A stretch of 62,930 nucleotides of DNA, counting the filler, from Rozella allomycis CSF55 (lineage: Eukaryota), in assembly GCA_000442015.1 (NCBI GenBank). It is 18 parts of 18 records of this genome, joined end to end, with 100 filler letters (N's around TTAATTAATTAA, not from the genome) between each part and the next. Parts side by side here need not be neighbours in the genome. Positions count along the whole stretch, not along the records: positions 1 to 1,782 come from KE560616.1; positions 1,883 to 4,395 come from KE560623.1; positions 4,496 to 7,292 come from KE560627.1; positions 7,393 to 9,435 come from KE560629.1; positions 9,536 to 13,291 come from KE560634.1; 13 more parts are not named here. The stretch is one strand, 5' to 3'. Numbering within the stretch: position 1 is the first letter of the stretch; every line of letters starts with the position of its first letter. Under the pieces are notes generated by a model, which worked only from the letters and a program-made list of their open reading frames with translations, searched no databases and had not been told where the DNA came from. Positions 1 to 13,391 of the stretch are shown in pieces. The position numbers were made by a program, and so were the translations under genes.

Positions 1-1782
1 TGAATCCCATACTCTTCTTGACCTCTTCTTCCTTGAATTCATGATTAATCAAATTCGAAATGACAAACCGTGACAAATCAACAGCAACAACTTCCGTAAC
101 CACTGATGCATCGGCCACCGACGATATCAGGGATGTGAGCTTCTGGTTGGCTTTTTCAATGATGAAATTCTTTTTGTGAAACTTCATCTTTTGCTGCGTG
201 TTGACGATGTGCACGTTAATGTTCCTCGCTTCCAATGTAGGCTCGACAGCCGAATTGTTGATAATCTTTCTGGCGCCAATCTCTTTACCCTGCAAAAGCG
301 ACTTTAAAGTATCGACGAGTTCTTCTCTGTTAATCTCCATCTCTGATTTCTTCTCTACATTTCTAATCTTTATAACACCTGGTGTGATCAATGATAATTG
401 TTACTTTGTTGTGTTTTGAAAGCCTTTTCTTTAACGAGAACGACGAATTTGATTCCGTGGGCTTTGCATTGATTGTAAAACTCTTCCAAGTCTACATTCA
501 GGGATTGTTCTTGTGTGAATTCCGTCTTTGTTGATGATGGATGAGATGGTTACTCTTATTCCTGCTTTCCATAGTTCAGTTGTGACAACTAGCCGTTCGT
601 TTAATGAGCATCGTCCCAATGGATGTACGAGAACATCAAAGGGGAGTGGTAGCCTTTCATTACCTGCGCCCAAGTAGTTGACTATTTTGGGTATTGAAAA
701 TACAACGCCAATAGCTTTTGGTTGTTTATTTATTTCTGTAGGATGACAAAACGATTTAACCTATGGAAAGACTTTTAGTGATTTACCTATTAAATACAAT
801 GTGACCTAATTACCTATAACTTACAATCTAACCTACTTACCTATGTATTACTAACAACTTTAAATTACCAGATCATCGTAACGACCACCGAGCGCTAGCA
901 AGTCTTTCTTCTTGTTGTTGACAATAAAATGAAAGTAGAAATCATGATAGTAAGAATTGGACAGAACCAAAAGGGGATCAAAGACAATATTGTCTACAAG
1001 CCCCATGGACTGCAAGTAAGAAACCAATTCTTCCAGATCAGCAAAAACATCCTTTTCAATTATCCCAAACGCCGTCAACCTCTCACTGATCTTTGTGGGA
1101 CATGATTTGAGATTCAAAGCAGATTCCAGCATTTCCAAAGACTTTGACGGAATGTTGAGATTCAAAACAATGTTCCTCTTTAGTTTGTCCCAAGAGTTGA
1201 ACGAGAGTTGGGAGAGAAAAGACATTATTCGTGAATCATCAATCATGCATTTTTTAAGAACAGAATGAAGAATCTTTTTGTGGTTTATTACAATTTCATG
1301 GTTCTTTAAATCAAAGTGAGAAAGAACTTGATGAGTAACAAGAATTATTTCAGCGTCGATAGCCTAGAATTTAAAGAGTTGGACGATAATACTAGTGATT
1401 TCTTTGGATGAACGATATCGAAATCTGCTTCCATTAATTGTCTTGGTTGACCGCCCACTAGATTTTTTCTATTCAATTAATAAATAAACTTGTTTTACCT
1501 GTAGACATGACCGAAGCAGAATCGCTTGAATTCTTTTTGTTTGTTTCTAGCAATGAATCTAGCAAAGGGGACTGTTAGATTGTGGGGAAGTTGAACTACT
1601 TGGCCAGTTGAATCAATCAAAGAAACTGATTGTTGCTTTTCAATAGATGAAGAAGATCTTGGAATCAAAAGTGGAGAATTCACTTGGATTGCTGAATGAC
1701 TGGAAAATATCTTGGTCATTGTTTCCATTACATAATTAGAAAGAAAAGAAATTGATAAATCTAAATTATTTCCCTTTGAAAT
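1..1782 (-). CDS. GCN2: eIF2-alpha kinase GCN2, C-terminal HisRS-like and anticodon-binding region (partial, multi-exon)
   Basis: Spliced translation gives degenerate HisRS motifs: VQLPHNLTVPFARFIAR, KRFCFGHVYR, GGQPRQLMEADFDIV, ALGGRYDDL-VKSF...AIGVVFS, ELWKAGI. Several 26-30 nt GT-AG introns (e.g. 1469-1498) plus the 108-nt intron at 761-868. Confidence 0.85.
761..868 (-). other. 108-nt phase-0 intron composed of four abutting GTAA...ATAG units (841-868, 814-840, 787-813, 761-786)
   Basis: Removing 761-868 joins GGRYDDL to VKSFCHPTEINKQPKAIGVVFS in frame. Three internal ATAG|GTAA junctions occur at 27-28 nt spacing. Confidence 0.8.
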
Positions 1783-1882
1783 NNNNNNNNNNNNNNNNNN
1801 NNNNNNNNNNNNNNNNNNNNNNNNNNTTAATTAATTAANNNNNNNNNNNNNNNNNNNNNNNNNNNNNNNNNNNNNNNNNNNN
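1783..1882. other. Artificial contig linker (N-run, TTAATTAATTAA six-frame stop, N-run); first of 17
   Basis: The same 100-nt construct recurs at about 4396, 7293, 9436, 13292, 14572, 16049, 17825, 19554, 21949, 26501, 28101, 29229, 33534, 37953, 41799 and 59172. Genes are truncated at these points. Confidence 0.98.
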
Positions 1883-2181
1883 CCCTCTATGAATTGGGAT
1901 GAGAATCCCTGGTACGACATTGTTGACAGGGGTATTAAATTATAGGTTCATCGGATACAAATACCTAAAAAATGACTTCATCAATATATTAAATCAGCCA
2001 ATTTTGGCAACTGACTCATGCGAATGATGTTCATCACGCTTTAAGAGATTTTAAACTCACGATGATCTATTTGCAAGGATATGTTTTTGGACTTTAAGAT
2101 GCTTTAACTCATAATATTTTTAAGTACAAACAAAGTTTACATGTAATGATAAAGTTTATCAGTAAATATCGATTAAGTAGA

Positions 2182-3535
2182 TCATGGTAAAGGTTCTTTA
2201 GAGTCGCTTAGCCTGGATAGATGCAAGTAAGCATCAGTACCGTATCCTTCCATAGATATCACTGCAAGGTCTCCGCCAAAGTATCGCGCGTACAGCCTGC
2301 TTATTGGTAACCCGTAGCCAAAACCGGCCATTGGCGCGTTGAACTCATTCTATGACATGATTAAAGTAATATTACAAATTGGAAACTGTTTTCATCGAAT
2401 TGAATATTTGCAGTCGTATATAAATACGTAAAAATTAAGGGCAAACCACTTCGAGGGATTCCACCGCCTTCATCTGATATCTTAATAGTAATGTCCTATT
2501 TTTGAGTATATTAATATTTACCTCCTTTCCTTCAGCTATTATCAATTTGATTGGCGGATACTCCTCTTTTTCAAGTCCATGAAACTCAACAACGGCGCGT
2601 AATGAATTTTTCAGCAACTCAAAAATCATATGATGTAAGTGCGATGGCAAATACAAGATAGAGAGCCCTGGTGGGCAAACAATCCTTTCTAACTTCAGAA
2701 GTATATTTACTCGACTTTAGGGGCATCAAAAATGGCAAAATGTTCCTGACAAATATATCTTGCATTTTCAGCAGCTTCTTTGGCGATATCGCCAAGATTT
2801 GTATTCGTACATATTATCCCTATATCAATTAATTTTAAAATTTACCAACGTAGTCCTTTTGTGGTGGTTGGCTTTGAAGGGCCACTTGTTGTCCGATCAA
2901 TACCCGAATACCTATTCTAGACAGGTAAAAACGATCAAGAAATATTTGTATCTCTTTGTTAACCTGATTATCTTTATCTTTGTTTTTCCACTCAATGATG
3001 CCCCACGCTTTGATTATTCAAAGATGTCAAATATACCCATGCTAATCATCGTTGGATCATGCCTTCTTTTTATTGCACTAATTAGATTCGTGAAGTCTTG
3101 AATATACGAACCTGTATCTACCGGCAGGTATTGGGTATCCGATGCATCGAATTGCGTATAATACGCCTTTCCATTCATAAAGCTGTTTCGATATTTGTCT
3201 CTAATGTAGCCTGCTATTTCGATTTTAGGAAATTCGATTAATTCTTGAAAAGATTCTGCGTACCAATGTTTCACTCTTAAAATCGATGGCATTTTGTTGA
3301 GGCCAAAAGGTAGGTTATTTAGTTCAATCACACGCTTTGCTAATCTAATAGGTAACTCATCTGAAAGAAACTGGGTTGCCCTTAGCATTGTACCTTGATT
3401 TGGATTTTTTCCTGGTCAAAATGATGTCATGAGATTACCAAATTCTACCATTTGTCGTAAAGATACTCCATTCGACGGAAAGGAAGAATAGTAACTAATT
3501 TTTGACATTAGTGAAGGAGAGATTTGACTCAGCAT
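2182..3535 (-). CDS. PDK: Mitochondrial pyruvate dehydrogenase kinase (BCDHK/PDK family), multi-exon
   Basis: [40 protein letters not shown]-like exon, [56 protein letters not shown]...[10 protein letters not shown]. Confidence 0.93.
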
Positions 3536-3644
3536 CGTTACGTAAAGCCACAAACTTAAATTGATGTAATATTCCGACATCCCACAAAGTGAAAAATCAT
3601 ATATTTTAGAATATGTTTCATTTATTGAATATCAAAATATATCA

Positions 3645-4395
3645 TCAAATTTCTGGATTATTTTCAACCAAAGTTTTGATTGAAAGTGGGACAAATTCAT
3701 ATTGGGCGCCAGATTTTTCGATTTCAATTTTGTTTCCAGACTTTGACAAATAATAAGACCCATCGTTGCAAGTACACTCTACAATCCGCCTCAATATGGA
3801 GTAACCTGTTTGTAGTAGTTGAAAATAATTCTAACGACAATCGTACAAAATTCGTACCATATTATATTTCTTATCAGCAATCTTGGGCAAGTCTTTTGTT
3901 AAATAAGATTTCTGCCGAACAACTAATCCTTTTTCATTTCGATATCCAAATTTGATCTCGGGGATACCAGCGAGATAAGATTGCAGCCAGACTTTTGGTA
4001 ACTTATATCTCAGGTTTTGATAGTTTTCATTTATACCTGAAAAAAGATTCTTCCTGCTTATCATTATGTATGTCTTTATTCGTTTTTATTTCAATGAATT
4101 CTTCCAATATCTTTACAGGGTCTTTCACCAGTTCTTTTTTTATATCAATTTTTTTACGAGAACAGTCAACTTCAGCACCTAACAAAAGGCGTATGTTTCC
4201 AATTGAAGACTTGAACACTATCCCAAATTCCTCATTGCAGTCTACGTCATAATCTGTATTATCAACACTGTGAGTACAAATGTACTCATAATGATGACCC
4301 CAATACGAAAATTTGTCCATGTCAAAATTAGCAATTTCTTTGCTTTCCTTTTTTTCCTCTACAATGAAAAGGATGTTCTATTTATGTTTCCATAA
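3645..4395 (-). CDS. RAI1: RAI1/DXO family decapping nuclease (3' part)
   Basis: FSYWGHHYE, EEFGIV, LLLGAEVDC, FIEIKT and KVWLQSYLAGIPEIKFGYRN match DXO/Rai1 conserved motifs. Confidence 0.85.
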
Positions 4396-4495
4396 NNNNN
4401 NNNNNNNNNNNNNNNNNNNNNNNNNNNNNNNNNNNNNNNTTAATTAATTAANNNNNNNNNNNNNNNNNNNNNNNNNNNNNNNNNNNNNNNNNNNN

Positions 4496-4947
4496 TGGAG
4501 AGGAATATCGATGAGATAGGCATAACAATCGAAAGATTGGAGAGGAATATCGATGAGAAAGGCAAAACAATCGATGAACTGAACAGTACGATTAAGGGGT
4601 TGATGAAGGAGTGGAATGCAAGAAAGGCTCGATTGCTCGCAGGAGATGTAGTTTATCGACTGCAGAGCTGGAAAAATTTAGAGTCTGTCGAAAACCTCGC
4701 TCAAACATTTCAGTTTAATGAAGCTGGTCAAGAGCAATTGTTTATCGAGACAGGTATCTCAATGGAGAAAGAAAGAATCGGTGTCGGGCATCCAGGAAAG
4801 GAAAATCCTACTATGACGTGGGATGAATTGTTGTCATTTATTAGGCTACATTATCCAATACCCAATAAAAAGAAGAAAATAATGAACTTCATTGGGTTGG
4901 TTAAGAGATTGTCCAACCTTCCACGCCCATTTGAATCATGGGATTAA
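4496..4947 (+). CDS. C-terminal half of an uncharacterised coiled-coil protein with a 14-aa repeat (ERLERNIDEIGITI)
   Basis: Open frame from the contig start. The first 39 nt are identical to the last 39 nt of the same contig (7254-7292). Confidence 0.5.
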
Positions 4948-5313
4948 TAAAAATTGTTTATATTTATCAATCTGTTAGCGCACTTGCACCATAGATCTAA
5001 AGGAAGAAATTGAGCTGACCCTAACCCATTTAAGCTCAATTTCTTTGATATAGAATTGTTATATTTTGTAGTATACTTTTGATGCGTTATTATCATTGAA
5101 ATGAGCAATTCATTGAGGTTTTTAGGGCCTTGATCTTGTTCACTCAATTTAACCCTTATGATTTTCTTATACCAACGTCTTCTTCTATCAAAAACACTCT
5201 GGAATTGCGTTTCATTTCTTCTTCCATGGCCCCAACTAGGACTAGAGATACTACTGACAACTCGTTTTGTAACAGCTATAATATCGAAAATACATATACA
5301 CATAATCAAATAA

Positions 5314-5533
5314 TTCTCCACATATATCTGGAATTATCCTACTGTTGGTCGAAGCATGCCCTTTTATTGTTTGGAATGTTGATGCATTAAGTGAAATCAT
5401 AAAACGCACCGCCAAGCCCTTGTTTACCACAGAAAATTGTGGCTCTGATACTATTAAATCTGTACCGAATAATGTATTTGGTCATGGAATGGTTGATCCT
5501 ATGAAAGCAATTGAATTTTGTCAGAAAATGTAA
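5314..5533 (+). pseudogene. 3' fragment of a subtilisin (S8) peptidase gene
   Basis: SPHISGIILLLVEACP...CGSDTIKSVPNNVFGHGMVD resembles the S8 segment after GTSMA. GTSMA itself and everything upstream are absent. Confidence 0.65.
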
Positions 5534-5635
5534 TAAAGACATTGTCAAATATTTCATTTATCTCATCTTTTCAAAATCTTCAATATCTACATCCTCAATA
5601 CTTGCTGAATATATTTAAAAAATAATTAAATTGGT

Positions 5636-6881
<1,246 letters not shown>

Positions 6882-6976
6882 TTAATGGATTGTCCTTTTC
6901 CAAACTTACATTTCGAAACCAAAACACTTCATTTCCATAATTTTTGGGTTTGTAAGTTTTGATACCCTGGTCAAGA

Positions 6977-7292
6977 ATGGACGTCACGAAAAGAAAGACC
7001 GAACAAATCCTATTTGAATGGGAAACCACCTCAATAAATGATAAAAAGATTAGACTGATTGAGGCGGTGGCGCCGTTGCGAGAAACCATGGGTCGTTGCG
7101 AAGTGGAAGACTTGGAAGGATTGGATCCAGACGTCCAGTTAGTCGTATTGAAAGAAATTTGCGAGGAATATCTAATAAAGATTGATTCCATGCAAGATAG
7201 TCGTTCCCGTCAAGGCAAAGAAGTTATGGGATTGAAGAGCAAAGTTGAAAGATTGGAGAGGAATATCGATGAGATAGGCATAACAATCGAAA
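6977..7292 (+). CDS. N-terminal half of the same uncharacterised coiled-coil protein as 4496-4947
   Basis: MDVTKRKTEQ...KVERLERNIDEIGITIE runs into the contig end and overlaps the contig-start ORF by 39 identical nt. Confidence 0.5.
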
Positions 7293-7392
7293 NNNNNNNN
7301 NNNNNNNNNNNNNNNNNNNNNNNNNNNNNNNNNNNNTTAATTAATTAANNNNNNNNNNNNNNNNNNNNNNNNNNNNNNNNNNNNNNNNNNNN

Positions 7393-9435
7393 TCCGTGTG
7401 TCCTCTCAAGATCTTTTGCCGGCTGTCCGAAAAGATTAGGATTAGTGTAATTAATTTGTGTATGATTTCACCATGGAATTTTATTTCTGACCTAATCGGT
7501 CTCTTTTGAGCTCTCTTTGTTAATCTTGATCTCTTGGAATCTTTAATCTGAATCTTACTGGTTTGGGCTTTCTCAAGCTGACGATCTTCTGTTGATCTCG
7601 TCTTCTTTCCCAGGATCTTTGAATCGGTCTGTTATCATGGAAGTCTTCCTCTTGAACCCACTCGTTATGGGAGTCATCTAGATTCTTCCATTTCACCAAG
7701 TATTCATCGTTATTGTTATTCAGTCTCCTATGTTGAAAAATCTTTTCTACTTCAGGTGCAGAAGTATCTACAATCGGGATTATCCCCTTGAAACATTTTA
7801 AGACATGAGGAGGTCTTGTGTATAAAGTTCCATCTGGCCCTAGTAAGATGTACGCTCCTCTTTTGTTTCGTGTTACAATTTTGAATGGCCCTGTGTAATA
7901 GGGTTCGGACTTCTAAGACCTATAAATGCTCCTAGTGGGAAAAATCTTATCCGATTGTTTTTCAAGAATTTACCCCCTTCCCGATACGCCTTGTTTCTGG
8001 CTATTCTGTTGACTTCGGGATATATAATCTGTCTCATGTAATTGAGTCTCTTTATCAATTCTTTTTCAGATATTTCTTGAAGAGGTGTATCATTATTGAA
8101 ATCCTTAAAATAGTTAGGCTGCCTTGCGAACATCAAGGAAAAAGGAGTGGACTTGGTTGTCTCGGACACTCTCAAGGTAAAAATGCATTGAGTCTGATTA
8201 ATAAAGTTATCCCACTCTGTATCTTTTCCTCTCAAATTCTTGTAGATTGTGTTCGCTACTGTCCCNCCCTAGTAAGATGTACGCTCCTCTTTTGTTTCGT
8301 GTTACAATTTTGAATGGCCCTGTGTAATAGGGTTCGGACTTCTAAGACCTATAAATGCTCCTAGTGGGAAAAATCTTATCCGATTGTTTTTCAAGAATTT
8401 ACCCCCTTCCCGATACGCCTTGTTTCTGGCTATTCTGTTGACTTCGGGANGTTATTGTTATTCAGTCTCCTATGTTGAAAAATCTTTTCTACTTCAGGTG
8501 CAGAAGTATCTACAATCGGGATTATCCCCTTGAAACATTTTAAGACATGAGGAGGTCTTGTGTATAAAGTTCCATCTGGCCCTAGTAAGATGTACGCTCC
8601 TCTTTTGTTTCGTGTTACAATTTTGAATGGCCCTGTGTAATAGGGTTCGGACTTCTAAGACCTATAAATGCTCCTAGTGGGAAAAATCTTATCCGATTGT
8701 TTTTCAAGAATTTACCCCCTTCCCGATACGCCTTGTTTCTGGCTATTCTGTTGACTTCGGGATATATAATCTGTCTCATGTAATTGAGTCTCTTTATCAA
8801 TTCTTTTTCAGATATTTCTTGAAGAGGTGTATCATTATTGAAATCCTTAAAATAGTTAGGCTGCCTTGCGAACATCAAGGAAAAAGGAGTGGACTTGGTT
8901 GTCTCGGACACTCTCAAGGTAAAAATGCATTGAGTCTGATTAATAAAGTTATCCCACTCTGTATCTTTTCCTCTCAAATTCTTGTAGATTGTGTTCGCTA
9001 CTGTCCCAATACGCCTTTCCGCTATTCCATTAGCTCTAGGGTTGTATGGTGTGATACATCTCTGGTTAATATTCAATAATTTCATCATTTCGGAAATGAT
9101 TCTATTAAGAAATTTTCGACCTTTGTCCGATCGAATGCTCCTTGGGAACCCGAATTCACAAAACAGAGAAAACAATGTGGTTGCTATTGTTTTCATTTCC
9201 TTATCTTGTAGGGATCTAAGAAATATAAATCATGTACATGTGTCAACTATAAGTAGCAGATACTTATTCTTTCTTTTGTTGTGGAATTCAACGGATGAAA
9301 TCCAATTTTTCCTATGTTGAAAGTCTGNACATCTCTGGTTAATATTCAATAATTTCATCATTTCGGAAATGATTCTATTAAGAAATTTTCGACCTTTGTC
9401 CGATCGAATGCTCCTTGGGAACCCGAATTCACAAA
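7393..9435 (-). mobile_element. Ty3/Gypsy chromovirus fragment: integrase core, GPF motif and chromodomain (degenerate, with assembly duplications)
   Basis: YLLIVDTCT*F, FGFPRSIRSDKG, TPYNPRANGIAER, TPFSLMFAR, YTGPFKI (frameshifted). Chromodomain EVEKIFQHR...EYLVKWKNLDDSHNEWVQEEDF at about 7634-7753. In-frame TGA at 9230-9232. Confidence 0.92.
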
Positions 9436-9627
9436 NNNNNNNNNNNNNNNNNNNNNNNNNNNNNNNNNNNNNNNNNNNNTTAATTAATTAANNNNNNNNN
9501 NNNNNNNNNNNNNNNNNNNNNNNNNNNNNNNNNNNAATCGTTTCTGAAGTCCGGGTCGTAAACTCCCCGTCCGATTAAAATTGATACATCTAAAGAATGC
9601 GTGATGATTTTAACGAAAGCTTTATTT

Positions 9628-10615
9628 TTAATCTCTTTCGGCAATTACATTTAGATAATGTTCAATTTCTTGCTCGTTAAGCTTACGAAATACCGGGTCA
9701 TCATTGGTAACAACTCCGATTTCAATGTCACTGGGTTTAAAGTTTATAGAAAGTACATTTGATAAAGTGGTTATAGCCAACTAGAATAGACAATTGGTAG
9801 TGCAATTACTTCAACGGTCTCCTCTATCGACTCCGGTTCAGATTTTTTATATTGTTTTTCTAAGTGATTAACCATTTCTTGATGCTTATTGCCAGCGGAA
9901 GTAGCCTTGTAGCCGACATAGTATCCAGCGGGATCGCATTTGAAAACTTGAGGGCCCAATTCGTCATCAATGCCAATTAAAATCATGGCTAAATTACAAA
10001 CACAATAAATTAGTTACAGACACCTAATGGTCTCATTGCGGCTTGCTGTGTGTAAACCTGATTAATATTAGCTATGCGTTTAGCCAAAAGATCGCAAGGA
10101 ATTTCGTAGCCCATTTTATACCTGAATTCGGCTGCTTCTTGTCTAGCTTTTATTAGCTGCGCTTTCGCATCCGCTATTATATTTGTTATTAAAAATGTAT
10201 TTACGTGTTAAACCAGTCATCACACATCCGATTCTTGGTGTGATTTGGAAAATGTGCGACACAGAGGAAGGATCAATAAGCTTGTCCTATAAGATAAAAT
10301 AAACAGGCATGTACTTGAATTTTGAGTTGGGTAATAACAACACAACCGTTCTTACCACGAAGACCAAGTGAGGATAATCCAGAGTTGTTGATTGCTTTAA
10401 AAGCATATTCTTTTATGATAAAAACGCTGAAATATATACCAATTTGATACAATCGGCCTTCTGGTGAGAAAACTGTAATATGGCGATCGTAGCCTGCTGA
10501 NGGCATATTCTTTTATGATAAAAACACTGAAATGTATACCAATTTGATATAATCGGCCTTCTGGTGAGAAAACTGTAATATGGCGATCGTAGCCTGCTGA
10601 ACTTCCTCTACTCAT
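9628..10615 (-). CDS. SCL1: 20S proteasome subunit alpha-1 (PSMA6/SCL1), multi-exon
   Basis: [72 protein letters not shown]. Exon 1 is re-read across the N at 10501. Confidence 0.95.
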
Positions 10616-10786
10616 TTGACCAGGGGCAAATGGTTCGAAATTGTAATCTGACCAAACACACTTTGCAAGAGCCAAGAATTAAAAAAGTAGGCTTTAAGGA
10701 CTTTCAGCATCAAATTTCGACTTCCATTTTTTAATGAATAAATCTACTTTATTTAGCAACTCTATTTGTTTCTGGTAATTAAAGAG

Positions 10787-11404
10787 TCAACATATAATAC
10801 ATCCACTCTTCTGCTTCTTTTTATATTTTTCAAGATAGTCTAATTGTATGTTATTAATTGCCCCTCGTCGCCTCTCACGGATAAATGACACGGCATCAAG
10901 AGGGCTCATTCCTGCTTCAATTAAGGCTATAGCAACAAGCACAGGTGCTCTTTTGTCAAATTTAAGAAATAAAGATACCTTCCTAAGCCAGCAACGCAAT
11001 GAATGGCGATGGTTTCTGTCGGTTCTGCATGTTTTTCATTACTACCACCATTCACTTTCTTTCCAAAGCATAATTTCACAAGATTTAGCCAATCCGAAAC
11101 AATTGCTGGAGGGGGAGGTGCTCCATCTTGGAATGCCCAATCCTAATCATGGTAAAAGTACAACAACATTACATGTACACGAATATCGGCGGCTTCGAGG
11201 GTTTCGGTAGAATAGGTGGGTACGCATACTCTGACAACATTTTTAACATTACATTTTTTCAGTTCCTGTGTCATTTTGGCGAAAAATAAAACTTACAGTG
11301 ACATATAGAGGCAAACTGCTATCTGAAGGGGCATCCATAATCAAAAAACTCATGTGTGCATATTTAACAAGGGAAAACTGATTGTGAGGTCTTGCAGCAG
11401 CCAT
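10787..11404 (-). CDS. PRL1: PRL/PTP4A protein tyrosine phosphatase type IVA, prenylated
   Basis: [59 protein letters not shown]-terminal CAAX-like CIIC. Confidence 0.93.
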
Positions 11405-12100
11405 GGTAGAGCATAAACTAATTTGCAAATTTTCCGATTGGCTTAGTCTAATGTTTTTTATTTTTTTGAAACGCCTCCAATAGAGATTATTATTACAAGC
11501 ACAGTAAATATCAAAATTATAGATCCTATAACTACCTTGAAATATGGCCGCTTTAATTGTTTACTTTAGATATCTGGCAGGGGTCACAAGCTATTCCTTT
11601 ACTCTGGTGTTCAAATATCGAGTCTTCGCTTTTTCTGTGATGTGGATCGCTAAGCTTGTAATCCTGCTCAAATGGCATTGGTGCCCAAATTTGTAAATTT
11701 ACTGGTATGACTGTATCAATTTCCCGAATAAAGATATATTTCAACTTTAAATATGGTATTTCCGTGGTTTGAAGCTCTAATTAAAATTTAAATGATCCAG
11801 ATTCTTCTGACAAAGANATATGACTGAACCAATTTCCCGAATAAAGATTTATTTCAACTTTAAATATGGCATTTCCGTAGTTTGAAGCTCTAATTAAAAT
11901 TTAAATGATCCAGATTCTTCTGACAAAGACTCATTAGCATTTTTGGTCTCGTGTTTGGACTGTCAAAGTTTTCAAGCATTTATTCAAATCCGGATACAAT
12001 ATCATTTAGTTGTTACATTTGCCTTATTTTATTTTTTGGATCAAATACATTGATATTTCAATATCACTGCAATTTTAAGCTTTATCAAGAAATCTCAAAA

Positions 12101-13077
12101 ATGTTATCAACGATTGGCGAATTGATTGATCGGCTTCATAAATATGATTGGTCAAGCAAAGTCAATTTAATTAACAATTACCAAATTGAAATGCCCAATG
12201 ACTTTTTCCTTCTTTGCAATTGGTTTATGGCACTAAGCATATCCTACGCTCTACTTAAATATTTTATATTTAATGTAATAATTTTATTGCAAGATAATTA
12301 TAGCCAATTGCCAAACGAATGGTTGGCACCAAAAGCCCGTAAACTGGTTGCTCATTTTTCAAATTTAGTGATGCCATTCAAAAATTTGTGACAGCTGAAT
12401 GGAAGTTTACTTCTTATGTGTTTCTTAGTGCATTTGGCATCTTTACCATATACAATGAAGGATGGTGTGTCTATCCATATAATTTCCTGGTTGATTGGCG
12501 AAATCATGAGTTTACTGATGCTTTGAGAAATTATTATGCATTAGGCACGTCTTATTATTTGTTCGTTACCCTGCTTATGTTTTATGAGCCTCGAATGAAA
12601 GATCGAGTCCAAATGTTTGTGCATCATGCAGTGACAGTATTGTTGCTGACATTCTCATATGCAAGTGGGTACTTTAGAATTGGAGCTGCAGTTATGTTAT
12701 TGCATGATTTATCTGATCCGTTTATGGAGCTCGCGAAATTATTCAATTACTGCCAAAATGAAATGGTACGTTATACAATCAGAAATCAAAAGGGCGCAAA
12801 TGTATTATTTATAATTTTTACCATTGTATTTATTTATACTAGGGATTATATCTTTCCAAGGTACATTATTGGAAGTGCTTTGTAATGCCATTAATGCTTT
12901 TTCAGTAGGTGGGCAACTTCAGAGAGCAAAGTTAAGTATCCCTTTGGGCTTGAATGTATCGGCTTCTTAATGATTCTTCAAGTTCTTCATATCTTTTGGA
13001 CTGGACTAATATTGAAGATAGCAGTGAATGCAATTATAGGCAACAAGGTTGAAGATATCAGAGAAAAGAATGAATAA
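12101..13077 (+). CDS. Ceramide synthase (LAG1/LAC1, TLC domain), multi-exon
   Basis: Lag1p motif RMKDRVQMFVHHAVTVLLLTFSYASGYFRIGAAVMLLHDLSDPFMELAK; C-terminal LQVLHIFW...EDIRE. Confidence 0.9.
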
Positions 13078-13120
13078 AATCAAGGAGCAATTATAAATAA
13101 AACTGGTTAGACTCATTTAT

Positions 13121-13270
13121 TTAGGCTTCAAAGACGAGATTTAACCCAATCTTGTGAGCATTTTCTTGTAAACGGTAGGTATCAAACAAGCCAGCCAAAG
13201 TAATTTTAACACCCCTGCGTAGATTTTGGGTGTAGCTTAATCCCAATTTACCAACACTATCCAATTTAGT
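13121..13270 (-). CDS. VDAC: Mitochondrial porin VDAC, last exon
   Basis: After an intron acceptor: TKLDSVGKLGLSYTQNLRRGVKITLAGLFDTYRLQENAHKIGLNLVFEA*, the typical VDAC C-terminal beta strands. Absent from the ORF track. Confidence 0.85.
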   Translation of the reverse strand, partial: TKLDSVGKLGLSYTQNLRRGVKITLAGLFDTYRLQENAHKIGLNLVFEA

Positions 13271-13391
13271 CTATAAAATACTATGGCGAATNNNNNNNNN
13301 NNNNNNNNNNNNNNNNNNNNNNNNNNNNNNNNNNNTTAATTAATTAANNNNNNNNNNNNNNNNNNNNNNNNNNNNNNNNNNNNNNNNNNNN

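Noticed and set aside
787-840. Units 2 or 3 of the GCN2 intron as 27-nt coding micro-exons
   Set aside because: Each contains an in-frame stop when joined to the upstream exon, and the protein motif is complete without them.
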